From contig NIVC01000382.1 in assembly GCA_002269645.1 (NCBI GenBank), positions 62,001 to 126,000 of the forward strand: a stretch of DNA of 64,000 nucleotides. Reading direction: 5' to 3'. Made by a program: the position numbers and the translations under genes. Below, piece by piece: positions 37,582 to 48,906 of the stretch. Numbering within the stretch: the stretch's first letter is position 1; each line of letters starts with the position of its first letter. The DNA comes from Macrostomum lignano. Lineage: Eukaryota. Under the pieces are notes generated by a model. That model searched no databases, was not told the origin of the DNA, and saw only the letters and a list, made by a program, of their open reading frames with translations.

Positions 37582-39989
37582 ATGCCTATCTTTCTACTTC
37601 TTTCTACTAGTTATTCTAGGCCAATGTCCCATTGATGGAATTAGCCCAGAATACACCTATTGTAGGTTTATATTTATAATAATAGTTATAATTTTTAGTT
37701 TTATTCTTTATGTGCCATATAACATTATAAAACAATCTAATAACAATAATTTTTAATTAGGTTTGCCAATACCAATGCATTGATTCAAGGACCCCAATTC
37801 TCAATTGATTAAAATTGATTAAATCAATTGCTAGCTGATGTGCCATGCATGCAATTCAATAATAGATATATGTGCATGGCTATTGTGCAAGCAAGCTCTT
37901 TGGTATAAAAATTTAGCTAATATTCAGTTATAATACTCAAAGAAAATTTTTGTATAAAAAGCATTTTGTGTATAAAATAATAAAATATTCATAGGCCCTA
38001 TGCTTGCAAACTTGTGCAGCTTTTTGTTTTAAAGAATATATATAGAATTTTCTGAAAACTACACTATATTTTAAAATTTTAAATAAAGCTAAAGCAAAGA
38101 AAAGACCAAATATCAGCTTAATTGGGAAAAACTTTTGGCAAAAACTGTTTGTAAATCGGTTGTACCGTTTTTTATTGGCAGCGTTTAAAAGTTGAAAAAC
38201 GTCATTTTTAGTGTGTGCAACCACGTTACATCTTATCAGGGACGATTTCGCAAAAGTAAGCAGTATAGAAAAAAATTCTCGCTTCGCTCGCATTTTTTTC
38301 TATACTACTTACTGGCTCATCGTCCCACAACTAGGTATATTTCTGACAGTACTTTTCTAAGAGCGCTGGTCGAGCATTGATAGACTGCGTATCTCATGCA
38401 TATTCACCCCTAAAATAATCCATACAGTAAAATTTAATCATCAAATAAATCTGTGATTGATCAAATAGCATTTGATTGGCATAGGCACAGGCGCAGAGCA
38501 TTGAATGTTAAGACAGTCAAATTTAGATAAATCTTGATGAACCCGAAGTGCAAATGGAGCCGGAGAGTCCACCAGACGAAATCAATCTACAGGATTGGCG
38601 TTCCCATGGAACTGCAGAGAATCGTGGAGTCAGGCGTGGATATCATCATGGTTGCCAAGAGTGCACCCTGGTTAGCTCGCACACTGCGCTTCCTGCTTTT
38701 CTGCTTGGCCCGTGAAACATCTGATTGAACACGCGTGGTCTGACAGTTTAGTTATAGTTATGCAGCTTTAACTTGTTTAACTACTCAATGTCTTAAATTC
38801 CATGCTTTCCCCATACCCAGTTTTGGCCATAGACAATCTTCGAAGCAGGGGTAACATATGGTTGGCTGCGTATGTAGTAAACAGAATATTAGACTATTTA
38901 AATAAAATTAAAAACGCTATGGTACCACATAAAATTACATAAAAAGCTAGCCTTCCCTCGTGCTACACCTTTTCACGTTCAATTTTCATTAAAGTCCAGT
39001 TCTAAAAACTAGCGCAAATTCAATTAAGACAATTTAGATTGAAGTAACGCTTACGGAAAATCAATACAAACAAACCACCGTTCAAAACATTCTGTCACAG
39101 AAGCAAAGTTTATACACAGACAAAATTGTCGTCAGTCTGAATTGTCTGAATTGAATTTGCGCTAGTTTTTTTCGGATTTTGCCATATAGAAATACGCTCG
39201 AACTCTGCCAGTGATTAATTTCAATGAGCTCGTCATGTACATGTAGTAAATCAGATGGCCGCCTCAGACTCGGCACGATGGACTGCTGAACTCTGAACCC
39301 CCCCCCCCCCCTGGTGTCGCATCATTATATTGCACGTCGCAGTTAGTGCATAATTCTTTTTTGTAAATTAGAAATTAAATCTTAAGGTTTAGTTTAAATT
39401 TTAGTTGAAGGGCAAGGAACTCACCCAGAAGTCCTGCTGGCCAGCTTTAGCAGACGCTTTGGGACAGTCTTTCTCGATCATTCCGCAGAACGTTTTGCAG
39501 CAGATTAAACTGCTCATGGCAATACAACATTACACCGAGTAGTGCAGCGTAACGGCTTAGTCTTTTGAATAAAGCCGTTAATTGCTGCTCCTGGCATAGA
39601 AACTTCAAGTAGTCGGCGTGAATTATTTAAGTTACGTAGATCATTTTTTACATGGGCTGGAGAAGCCTGAGCGCGTTCATACAATTTTCGAATCGCTGCT
39701 AAAGAGCAGGACTTCTCACGGTACTTGGCGACTGATTGCTCGTATATTTCCGTTGGTCCAAATCTGCCGCTCTGTAACGTTGAGGCAACGAAATGACGAG
39801 CCGCCAGTGAACCGTGCTGCTACAGATGGCGAACATTCACACTACTAAGCAACCCCGTTTGTGTTGATTTTGGAGGTGATGTGGGTGTCAACCCTCTCGC
39901 CTCTCATTGGCTGGCGCCCTGATCACTAGGTGATCGATACCCGTATCGATATCGGCGCTCGGCGCGCGCGCGCCGCAGGCGCGTGGCGC

Positions 39990-40235
39990 CAAGCGCCGTC
40001 CAGCCGCAGGCGACCCTCCCCAGCCGCAGGGGTACCCTCCCGATATGTATGCTCACCCTACCGACATGTACACCCTCCCGATATGTACCCTGATATGGAT
40101 GCAGCAGGCGCCCATGCCGCAGGCGCCCCGAGTGTACACTCTCCCGAGCCAAAGGTACACTCTCCCGATATGTGTATGTGTACACTCTCCCCAGTACACT
40201 CTCCCCAGTACACTCTCCCGATATGTATGCATACA
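39990..40235. repeat. Irregular tandem array of (g/a)tacactctccc / ccgcagg units
   Basis: Repeated tacactctccc, taccctcccgatatgt and gccgcaggcg motifs. Confidence 0.75.
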
Positions 40236-40490
40236 CAGATATGCAGTCAATGATATTAGGCTAGTGAAAACTACTTTTAGTAGGTGAAATTGAGTATATT
40301 TACATAAAAATGTAGATAAAACATATTGGTAGGTGTGAATAATGACGCATAATGCATATTAAAATGTAAATATTGGAGCATATGAGCAGCAAAAACACAC
40401 AATTTAGGTGCATATTATATTGACAGAAATAGACAAAGCAGGTACTGTAAGCACTAATAAAACATAGGTGGAAATACATAGTATAAAGCG

Positions 40491-43400
40491 GGTTTACAAG
40501 GCATGCAAATATCAGAAGGTGTAGTTGTATAATACAGGCGCGCATGTATAATCAGATTATTAAAGCAGGCAAACGCCCAGGTGCAATTTCAACAGACGCA
40601 TAAATAATGGCGCACCTCGTTATTATGTAAAGTCTCGTTATTATGTAAAATAGATGAGCAAAAGGGAGGTTTTGCCGCCCTATGATGTAGAGACTTTTTA
40701 TTATCACAACGCTATTGACTTGAAATACTTTCAACCTAATTGTACCCATAAGAGGGCTAGAAAAATGGACAACGTATTTAGATTGCGCTATCAGGACGCT
40801 AATCAGCGCAGCAAGTTCATGTACGTCTTGCAGGAGTTCTACTCCAAGAGGCGGACCGCTGGGCCACAAACCGCCCCGAAGGAATAGGTGTCAAATGGGA
40901 GTTTTAACACTTGAAGGGATCCCGCTCAATGTACAGGAGGGTAGAGGTGTCAAATGAGTAAGGACCCCTAAGTACAGTGCGAGCGTAAAACAATTATCAT
41001 CCCCACGAGTCAAGGGATCCCAAGTGGACACATAGGGGAATCCCAGGCAGGGAGGCGTAAAAAGGCAGATCCTTATCTCTCACTCACTCCCGAAAGCCAT
41101 ACGGTCGGCTTGCGGCCCCATACACCCTCTTAGTCATCACGCGCTGGAAAGTCTTGTCCATCTCGAGGGTCCGGATTGTACAGCTAGCCTTGTCACGCCT
41201 GAACTGGGCCTGGGGCAGCCGTACAGTCCCGCCGTGGCGCAGAATTTCCTGCAGCTTATCCTTGCGCTCGGAAATCTCGGGGGTGACTCTGATGCCCTTA
41301 CACTTGAGCACCGAGTACGCCGACCCGTCGGGCTTCTCCACGACGTACCGGTAGAGTTTGGGGCCTCCCGTGGTGAACTGTACCATACGGCAGCCAGCAG
41401 GTACCTCTTCAGTCCACTGCCCCAAGCTCGAACCGCCCGGAGGCTCGTACTCGCCCAGAGAGCACCGATACACAACCCTGGGAGGAGGAAAAGGATAAAA
41501 AAGTGTTAGGGAGAAAGAGAGACAGAGACAGTGAAAAAATTACTTGCGAATCGGTATCGGCGTAAATGACGCGGGTTCCTAGACCCTCAAGAGCCTCGTA
41601 GAGTCGCAGCCGGGCGTGGGAGGTGGTGAAAACGCCAATCGGTACATTGGCGTACTTGAACGCCCGCTCGCCAGCACCACCAAATTGGGGCTTGTATTCG
41701 AGCATCATGAAGCTCTCCCCAATTGGCTCGCACGACTTGACCTTGATGGACGGGTCCGTCAGGCGCTGCAGCCACGCCTCGTAGCTGTCCACAATCTCTG
41801 TGGAGGTCAAGTCGTCGCGCTGGCAGAACTTGCCCCAGAGCCTGCAGGGAAAAATAAATTTTTCTATATCTGGCTACTGTAAGTAGAAAAACAAGGTCCC
41901 CCACTGCAAGTAGAAAAACCCCAACTTACGAGTTTAGAAAAATCTTGGCCACAAAGCGCAGGCCGGGATTTTCTTCCACCTTGTCAAGCCCGACGCCTTT
42001 GCGCTCGAAAAAGCTGGTCATGTAGGCGGCCTTGGCGTCCTCAGTCATCCCCGGCGAACCGCTAGACTCGGCTTTGAGCTTCAAAAAAGTGTTTACATAA
42101 TCTGCAAACAAGCCCGTGCGAGTCTCGGTCCAATAGGCCAGGGCATGAACTGACTGCAGCTTCTAACCCAACTGCAGGGCCTTGTGGAGCTCTGGGGTCG
42201 ACCATGTGCCGCGGAGCATTCTCTCAGCGTCAGTGTGTGTACACTCGCTGCTGCACTGTGTCTCCATGCAGACGCGGCAGAGGCCGAAAACCAGCTTCTT
42301 GCTAATCTTGGCGGGCAGTAGCTGGATGTGGAGATTGGTTGGCGGCAGAATTGACACCTCGGCGATACCAAAATACCTGGCCAGCTGCTGCTCATCCAGT
42401 AGATGAGGCTCGGGGTGGTGAACCGGGTGCCCGACAGGGTACTTGTCAAACTTGTTGACAGTCGGGTAGAGAGGCACCTAGGGGATAAGTAGGCTAAACT
42501 AAACTCAAAAGAAATTTTGAAAAAACTTACCACATCCCGATAGCGCAGCTCTACAGTCTCGGTGGCCTCGGCGTGCGGGACAAAAGCCTCGGTGCGACCG
42601 CCAAACAGGGCTTCCTCCAGGCGAATAGGCTGCTGGACTGGCGCTCCCTCGCCCTGATAGTCATGCTCCCACATGACACGTACATTGTAGGCAGTGGAGA
42701 GCAGCCGGGTGAAGCGCTCAGTCTCCTCATAAATCGCCCGCATTGGCTGGTTCTTGAGCGGGTGCAGCACGTCGCCGTTAGGGAAGCACTTTGGGCAGCC
42801 ATGGTAAAAACAGCCATGAAATTGGAGCACTGTCCTGGTCTCTGGGTCGAAGCCATCCACCTTACGGCCCATGGCGAAAGCCTCGCCGCCAGAGTCGGCT
42901 GTCCGCAACCGGCCGCCAAACTCGGTTGCATTCAAATGTGCCAACCAGCACCGCGCCTTGTGTGACTGTACATCTGACCGGCGGGAAATCACCCCAAGAG
43001 TGTTGGGCTCCATAAACTTGCTGGTGAATACTGCAATGGCCAAGCCCGCTATGGTGTTGGATTGGACAAATGCGTCCAGTCCGCAAATGTCCTTAATCAG
43101 GCGGGCATACTTTAGACAGCCTTCCCGCAAAATTAGCGTGTCCTGCAGGCAATAGTCCAGGTACTCCTTATTAAAATTAAACACTTGACCCTCCTGCTTG
43201 GTCAGCCAGTCGGCGATGGAGTCGTGCTGCTTATTCTTCTTCCCGCCGTACATATCAATTGAGCAGTAGGGGCCTACGTAACCCCAGTTTGTGGCTGATT
43301 GAACACGTGCAGAAAAATCTCCTTTGGTCAGTTGGGTGCCCTAACCAAGCGCCTTTGGGAATTGCGCCAGACCAATAGGGATAAAGTTGAGGCTGTCCTT

Positions 43401-44221
43401 GAACGTGATCTTGTCGCACTTCATGTACATTAGGCGGCTGTTCTGGAAGATCACCTGCGGCTTCTTCTTGGCCAGTCCGTTGAGTAGGGCGCCGAGCAGG
43501 AGGAATGCGTCATACGCAGAGCCATTGTGCGCAATAGCAATTGCCCCCTTCTTGAACACACTAGTCAGCCAGCAGTAAAAGGCATCGATAGAGTGCGGCC
43601 CGACAGATACAAACTCTCGCATCCCACAGGCACAGTCATTGTGCGAGACACAGCTCGTAAAATCCAGCGCCAGATTGCGTCCCGCAATGCAATTGGCTGA
43701 GCTGTGTAACCCCCCGCACGCGCTGCAGCGGGGCCTGGGGAAGAGTTTGGGGTCTCTGAGGGGTCTAACTGAGGGGTCTCTATGTGTGTATGCACGGGGG
43801 TTAAAAGACCAATTCTGATAGCTCGCTCCTAGGGAGGAAATTGGCAGAGGGGCCGGCTCAAAAAACTGTAATGGGCTGGCCCCGGGCTCGAGTCCACCCA
43901 CCTGAAATATGGAGGGTCTTACAACCTAATGACTTGAAATACTTTCAACCTAATTGTACCCATAAGAGGGTTAGGGCGGCGAAAACGGGCGGCTAAAACC
44001 TCCCTTTTGGGATTTCCCCGAACCGCTTTTGTTTAATATTTTGCGCTATGATATTTATGCACCTGCGGGTTAGCCATACCAATATTTACTCTTTAGTCGG
44101 TGCGCCATTATTTATGCGTCTGTTGAAATTGCACCTGGGCGTTTGCCTGCTTTAATAATCTGATTATACATGCGCGCCTGTATTATACAACTACACCTGA
44201 TATTTACATGCCTTGTAAACC
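40491..44221. mobile_element. pPolB-only element bounded by ~125-bp inverted repeats
   Basis: 40491-40616 and 44099-44221 are reverse complements with few differences. There is an inner inverted block (40659-40680 / 43987-44009) and an identical 40-bp direct repeat (40717-40756 / 43931-43970). No TSD seen. Confidence 0.65.
41084..43901 (-). pseudogene. Protein-primed family B DNA polymerase (Polinton/Maverick-adintovirus type), spliced, with an in-frame stop
   Basis: Exonuclease motifs IAHNGSAYD, FKDSLNF and YCLQD. Inserted nuclease-like segment KVDGFD...FHGCFYHGC...VMWEHD. Polymerase motifs ALFGGRTE, YRDV|VPLYP, KIFLN|SLWGKF, YADTDS| and GGPKLY..KCKG, where | marks GT-AG introns at ~42479-42529, ~41845-41926 and ~41478-41546. 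An in-frame TAG lies at 43341-43343. Confidence 0.9.
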
Positions 44222-44237
44222 ATGCATTGATTGAGAT

Positions 44238-44651
44238 CAATTACCGCATCAATGGGGCTTAATAAATCAAATTAAATTAATGTCGGGAAATCCCGCATCG
44301 AATCCCGCATCAATTACCGCATCAATGGGGCTTAATAAATCAAATTAAATTATTGTCGGGAAATCCCGAATCGAATCCCGCATCAATTACCGAATCGATG
44401 GGGCTTAATAAATCAAATTAAATTAATGTCGGGAAATCCCGCATCGAATCTCGCATCAATTACCGCATCGATGGGGCTTAATAAATCAAATTAAATTAAT
44501 GTCGGGAAATCCCGCATCAATTACCGCATCGATGGGGCTCAATAAATCAAATTAAATTAATGTCGGGAAATGCCGCATCAATTACCGCATCGATGGGGCT
44601 TAATAAATCAAATTAAATTAATGTCGGGAAATCCCGCATCGAATCCCGCAT
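44238..44651. repeat. Tandem array, six units of 73/61 bp
   Basis: Unit caattaccgcatc(a/g)atggggcttaataaatcaaattaaattaatgtcgggaaatcccgcat(cgaatcccgcat), starting at 44238, 44311, 44384, 44457, 44518 and 44579. Confidence 0.95.
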
Positions 44652-44894
44652 TGAAAACCGCGTTGTTATGTATTGTACATAATGGCGGGAAAAACCGTAC
44701 GGTAAAAAGTCGCACACGTGTGAAAAGCCATGATTGAAAAGAAGAGTAAAGTAAAAAATGTTTTAGAGTATCATCAAGCAAAGACAGTACGGTATAAGTA
44801 AATACAAAGCACGAAAATTAGTCCACATTTTGTCCCTGTCATGCCAGCTCTGCCAATCGTCCCTGTCAAGCCCTGCACTGCGCGCCAGTCCGTC

Positions 44895-45000
44895 GTCCTC
44901 GTTGTGCCACCTCCGCGAGTCGTCCGTGCCATGCCACCTCCGCGAGTCGTCCGTGCCATGCCACCTCCGAGAGTCGTCCCTGCCATGCCACCTCCGCCAG
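44895..45000. repeat. 27-bp GC-rich tandem repeat, ~3.5 copies
   Basis: gccacctccgcgagtcgtccgtgccat repeated. Confidence 0.85.
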
Positions 45001-45252
45001 TCGACCATGTCGTCCCGTAACTGGCTGACTGGTTTGCTGGAGAAATTGGAAAGTATACACGACTTATTTGTATGTGCAAGATTTACTGTAAAATTACATG
45101 TTTATTTACACACACATGTACAGCAATGCAGATAATAGAGATCCAGTGAGATAGTATCCAGATGTATATGGAATGAGGTACACGACGTTTGAATTTGTAA
45201 ACGAGATGAAGCAAAGATTCTTAATAAGCGTGAAGTATATTTGTCTGCCTGT

Positions 45253-46343
45253 TGTATAGAGGCCTTCTATAGGAGCGCTGCCACCAATGAAGTGTTGTTA
45301 TCTACTTTCCTCGATAGCGTTTAGAGGTGGCCTGGCAGATCTTCTGGCTCCCGGTCGATGACCTCCAGTTGGCGGTTTCTTAGAAAGTAGTTCTCGTAGC
45401 GTAGGTAGTGCTGCCACCAGCTTCGCAGAGTCGCAGCCTTCGGTGAGGTGCTGAGCTCGTAGAAGCAAATAACTAAGACGAGAGAAAGAGACTCGCACTT
45501 CGTGCAGATTTAGCAGTTCTCGCGCAGAGGTGCCCACCGTCAGCAGTCCCTGCCGGGCTGGTGCGGGGTGAGAGCGAAAGTGCTAGCTTTGGGCGATCCG
45601 AGCTGGCCTGCTAATTGATAGCAGGAACAATCAGAGGCAGTCACGCGCAAAATCGGGAGTCTTGGAGTTTAAACTTTAGCACACGCGCTGAGCGAAACGG
45701 CGGAAAGGAGAAGTGAATACTGAGAAACGCGGGCACAGAAAGGAAAGACTGAAACGGAAGGGTTGTCTGAGCCAAGCCATGAGAGGGGCTGGATTTATAG
45801 GGAGGATCGATTGCACCATATTACGAAAGGCCCCCGCTGAGATTCATAAGTGACTCTGTTGCTATTTTTAGCAACAAACAAGCGGACCCTGCTTCAGAGG
45901 AGGCAAGGGGGGTCTATGCGCACGTGATCTCCCCATAAACACGAGCCCAGCGTACAATGATGAAATCATTGCACTTTGGACTAAAGAAGGAAGAAGGCCT
46001 TGCCATGTGACTGACTCACATGACAAGGGGAAAAGGCCCACAAGTGAAGGCACTCGTGACCGTGGGACCGGAAAACGGAATGGCACTCCAAATTTGGAGA
46101 TGCCAAACAGAGAACGAAACAGAGGCAGGCCAGACCAAGCTGTCTTGGCACTGCAAAAAGGGAAAACGAGACAAAAGGGTCAAACGAGGACAAACAGACA
46201 GACAGGCAAACGGGCAGAGGACAGGCCAGAGGACAGGCGGGGGGGGGGACAGGCAACTGCCCAGCGGCAGACAGAAGCCCGGGGCGAGGGCGAGGGCAAC
46301 AGCTGACTAGTGCGGCGCCTAACTAAACTAGCGACTCACTACA
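45253..46343 (-). repeat. Candidate 3' LTR of a Gypsy element
   Basis: On the minus strand a purine tract (gaacGGGGAGAG, 46344-46355) directly precedes TGTAGTGAG. A TATA-like ctataaat lies at ~45795, and there is a possible ...TACA end at 45253. No partner LTR is in the window, so the left boundary is uncertain. Confidence 0.55.
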
Positions 46344-46857
46344 CTCTCCCCGTTCAAATAAAGAGGCGGAGTGAAGCGGCGCGCTTAATTTAAAACAAAA
46401 TAAACATGCATTTACTGGTAAAGACAAAATTCAAATGCGCTCCAGAAATTGCGCGACTGGCCAGGTCGTAAAGATTGCGGCCGGATACGGCGGGGGCACC
46501 CGCCCGCTAATAGCGTGCGCCTAATCATTACATGGGGGCGCCAGCCCACGAAAAAAAATGGCGCCTAAGTGTTGCGTGGGTGCACCGGCCCACCATAGAA
46601 GTGGCGCCTAAACAAGGCTTCGAGTCCCACAAAATTGCGGGTATTCGGACCGTAACGGCGCCTAGCAGGGCGCTAACCTGAATAAACAAGCCAGACGGCT
46701 CAGGGACCTCTGCACCAAGGGCACTTGATTAGCGCGGCAAGAGGGAGCAGGAAGTCATGACTCGGGATTCACATGCGAGGCTCCGGGGGAGTGCGCGAAA
46801 GGGGGGTACAACTTCTTCCTCATCAAGGGCGAACATTTGCGCAGGCTCGTCAGTTAA

Positions 46858-48906
46858 TCAAAGTAGCTCATACGCGGGGCCGCCAGGATCGCTGGCAGGT
46901 CCTCTTCGCCGCCGCCCAGAAACCGGGCAACGCGGACGGCCACCCAATGGAGAGCGTACGGCCGGTTCGGTCGCTTCGTCTACGCGGCGCTGGAAGTCCT
47001 TGACATAGTCAGGCAGATCGGCATACTCCGGCAGCTTCTTGATCGCGTTTTCGATTGGAAGTCGGAAGTCTCGACCAAACACCAGGTAGTGAGGCGTGAA
47101 ACCTGTCACCGGGTGGACACTAGAGCGGAGAGCCATCAGACAGGCTGGGAGAAAGGTGTCCCAGTCGTTATGGTTGCGCTCGAGGAGGCAGGTGAGGACA
47201 CTCTTCAGCTGTTTGTTGAGGTTCTCGACTTGCCCATTTGAAGCTGGATTGTACGGTGTTGTCGTCGTATGCCGGATTCCAAACAGGTCGCAGAACTTCT
47301 TGAAAGCTGAGCCAGTGAAATTGGTTCCTTGATCAGTGTGTATCCAGCATGGTACACCAAACTCAGGGATCAAGCGCTCCTGCAGGATCTTGATGACCGT
47401 CTTGGCTTTCTGGTTCCTCATCGGATAGGCGAACGGGTACTTCGACGTCGCGTCGCAGAGCGTCAAAATGTAGCGGTTCCCGCTCTTGCTCTTCTGGGCA
47501 ATAGGGCCTACTACATCGCAATGTACTCTTCCCAGGACTTCGCACACCGGGAAGCTCTGTACAGGCACTCGATCTTGCCTTCGCGATTTGCTTTCAAGAC
47601 AGGCACGGCACTTACTGATAAAGTTCTCGGTGACACGGGCTAATCCGGGCCTCCAGAATCGTTCACGTAGCCGCTTCAACGTCTTCGTCTGGCCGAGGTG
47701 TCCACACAGTGGCGAACTGTGGAGCTCCTGGAGCATCTGGGCATCTAGAGCTTCGGGCAGGACAACCTTCCGGGGCTGCTGGCCATCAGTCAGATCGATC
47801 ATCAGCAGGCCGTTGTCCTCTCGCAGATTATCGTAATATCCGAGCAGATTCCGCTGCTCCTTTGTCAGCCGCAACCGGGCGTCGAACTCAGGCTTCAGGG
47901 CTTTGTTCTTGACCAAGTTGAACACGTAGCTGATAGCTCGGTCGGCGCGCTGCGCATCGACAAACTGTTGCCGCGTCATCGGCAACTTCAGAAAATCAGT
48001 GAGCACTGCGCGGCATGGCTGCGGGTTCATGACTCCCGCAGTCTCCGCTTCTTTGGCTCGCAGTCGATCACGCGACTCCGTCTTGTCGGCGTCGGGATTA
48101 GGTCGCTCCGAGGGACTTTGTCTCACGACGTCGGCGTACGATCGCTGATCTCGTTTCGAAGTTCTCATCATTGCTCTCTTGACAGGAACTTCCGCAGCTG
48201 GAGCAGTGCACTTGCCTCCACTGCACAGCCCAGGCGACTCTTGGCTGTAGGGCGAGACGCAACACGTGAAGCACGCCTCGTCGCAGGCAGCCGTAGCCGT
48301 CGGCTCGATCATCGTCGTCATTGGGTGAGTCTTCTCCAGCACTGGGCGGTGTCGCAAAGGGGGACTCGACTTTCCGCACAGGCGATGAGCAGCTGTCTGT
48401 CGGCTCGGGGGACAGAGCGTTGACCTTGCAGCCCTCGCGAGAGTCTGTCCTCTGTCAACACGGCGAGAACTCTCAGCGTAAAACTCCGGGGAGTTGGACT
48501 TACGTTGCTGGTCTGGATTCGCGTTGTGGGCTGTCATCAGGAGGGCTGCTTGTTTAGTGGCCTCTGAGTCGTGGTCCATGGGCGTCTCCAGGTTCCGAGA
48601 CCCGCAGTCTTGGACATCATCAAGGAGGTCTACGTCAGCAGTGGCCTCCGAGGTTTTGTCCGGGCGAATCTCCAAGTAACGGCAGTCGGCGTGGGCGTCG
48701 CTGCGGAGGGCTGAGGTATCAGTGGCCTCCGGGTTGCTGTCCAAACCGGTCTCCAGGCGTTGACTGCAGCGATGGTCGTCGTGCTGAAGGGCTGCTTGCG
48801 CAGTGGCCTCCAGGTCTTCGGCCAGGGCAGTTGCGGCCTCCTTGTTGCGAGTGTGGACCTTCTTCGTGCGGGCTGCTCTCGCAGTGGCCTCACTTGTGGT
48901 GTCCAA
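46858..48906 (-). CDS. Ty3/Gypsy integrase with a long low-complexity N-terminal region; RT/RNase H absent
   Basis: Zn-binding HSSPLCGHLG...CRAC, with catalytic HCDVVGP, HTDQG and YNPASNGQVENLNK. No RT or RNase H motifs upstream. Confidence 0.9.
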   Translation of the reverse strand: MDTTSEATARAARTKKVHTRNKEAATALAEDLEATAQAALQHDDHRCSQRLETGLDSNPEATDTSALRSDAHADCRYLEIRPDKTSEATADVDLLDDVQDCGSRNLETPMDHDSEATKQAALLMTAHNANPDQQRKSNSPEFYAESSRRVDRGQTLARAARSTLCPPSRQTAAHRLCGKSSPPLRHRPVLEKTHPMTTMIEPTATAACDEACFTCCVSPYSQESPGLCSGGKCTAPAAEVPVKRAMMRTSKRDQRSYADVVRQSPSERPNPDADKTESRDRLRAKEAETAGVMNPQPCRAVLTDFLKLPMTRQQFVDAQRADRAISYVFNLVKNKALKPEFDARLRLTKEQRNLLGYYDNLREDNGLLMIDLTDGQQPRKVVLPEALDAQMLQELHSSPLCGHLGQTKTLKRLRERFWRPGLARVTENFISKCRACLESKSRRQDRVPVQSFPVCEVLGRVHCDVVGPIAQKSKSGNRYILTLCDATSKYPFAYPMRNQKAKTVIKILQERLIPEFGVPCWIHTDQGTNFTGSAFKKFCDLFGIRHTTTTPYNPASNGQVENLNKQLKSVLTCLLERNHNDWDTFLPACLMALRSSVHPVTGFTPHYLVFGRDFRLPIENAIKKLPEYADLPDYVKDFQRRVDEATEPAVRSPLGGRPRCPVSGRRRRGPASDPGGPAYELL

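Noticed and set aside
39200-39850. Degenerate hAT transposase on the minus strand (…RKLYERAQASP…LRCTTRC…)
   Set aside because: Only a faint resemblance, with several stops; I cannot support it without a search.
40485-44227. Canonical Polinton termini
   Set aside because: No AG-repeat-type termini, no 6-bp TSD, and no integrase or capsid genes.
44238-44651. CRISPR-like array
   Set aside because: The units are contiguous with no unique spacers, and the context is eukaryotic with no cas genes.
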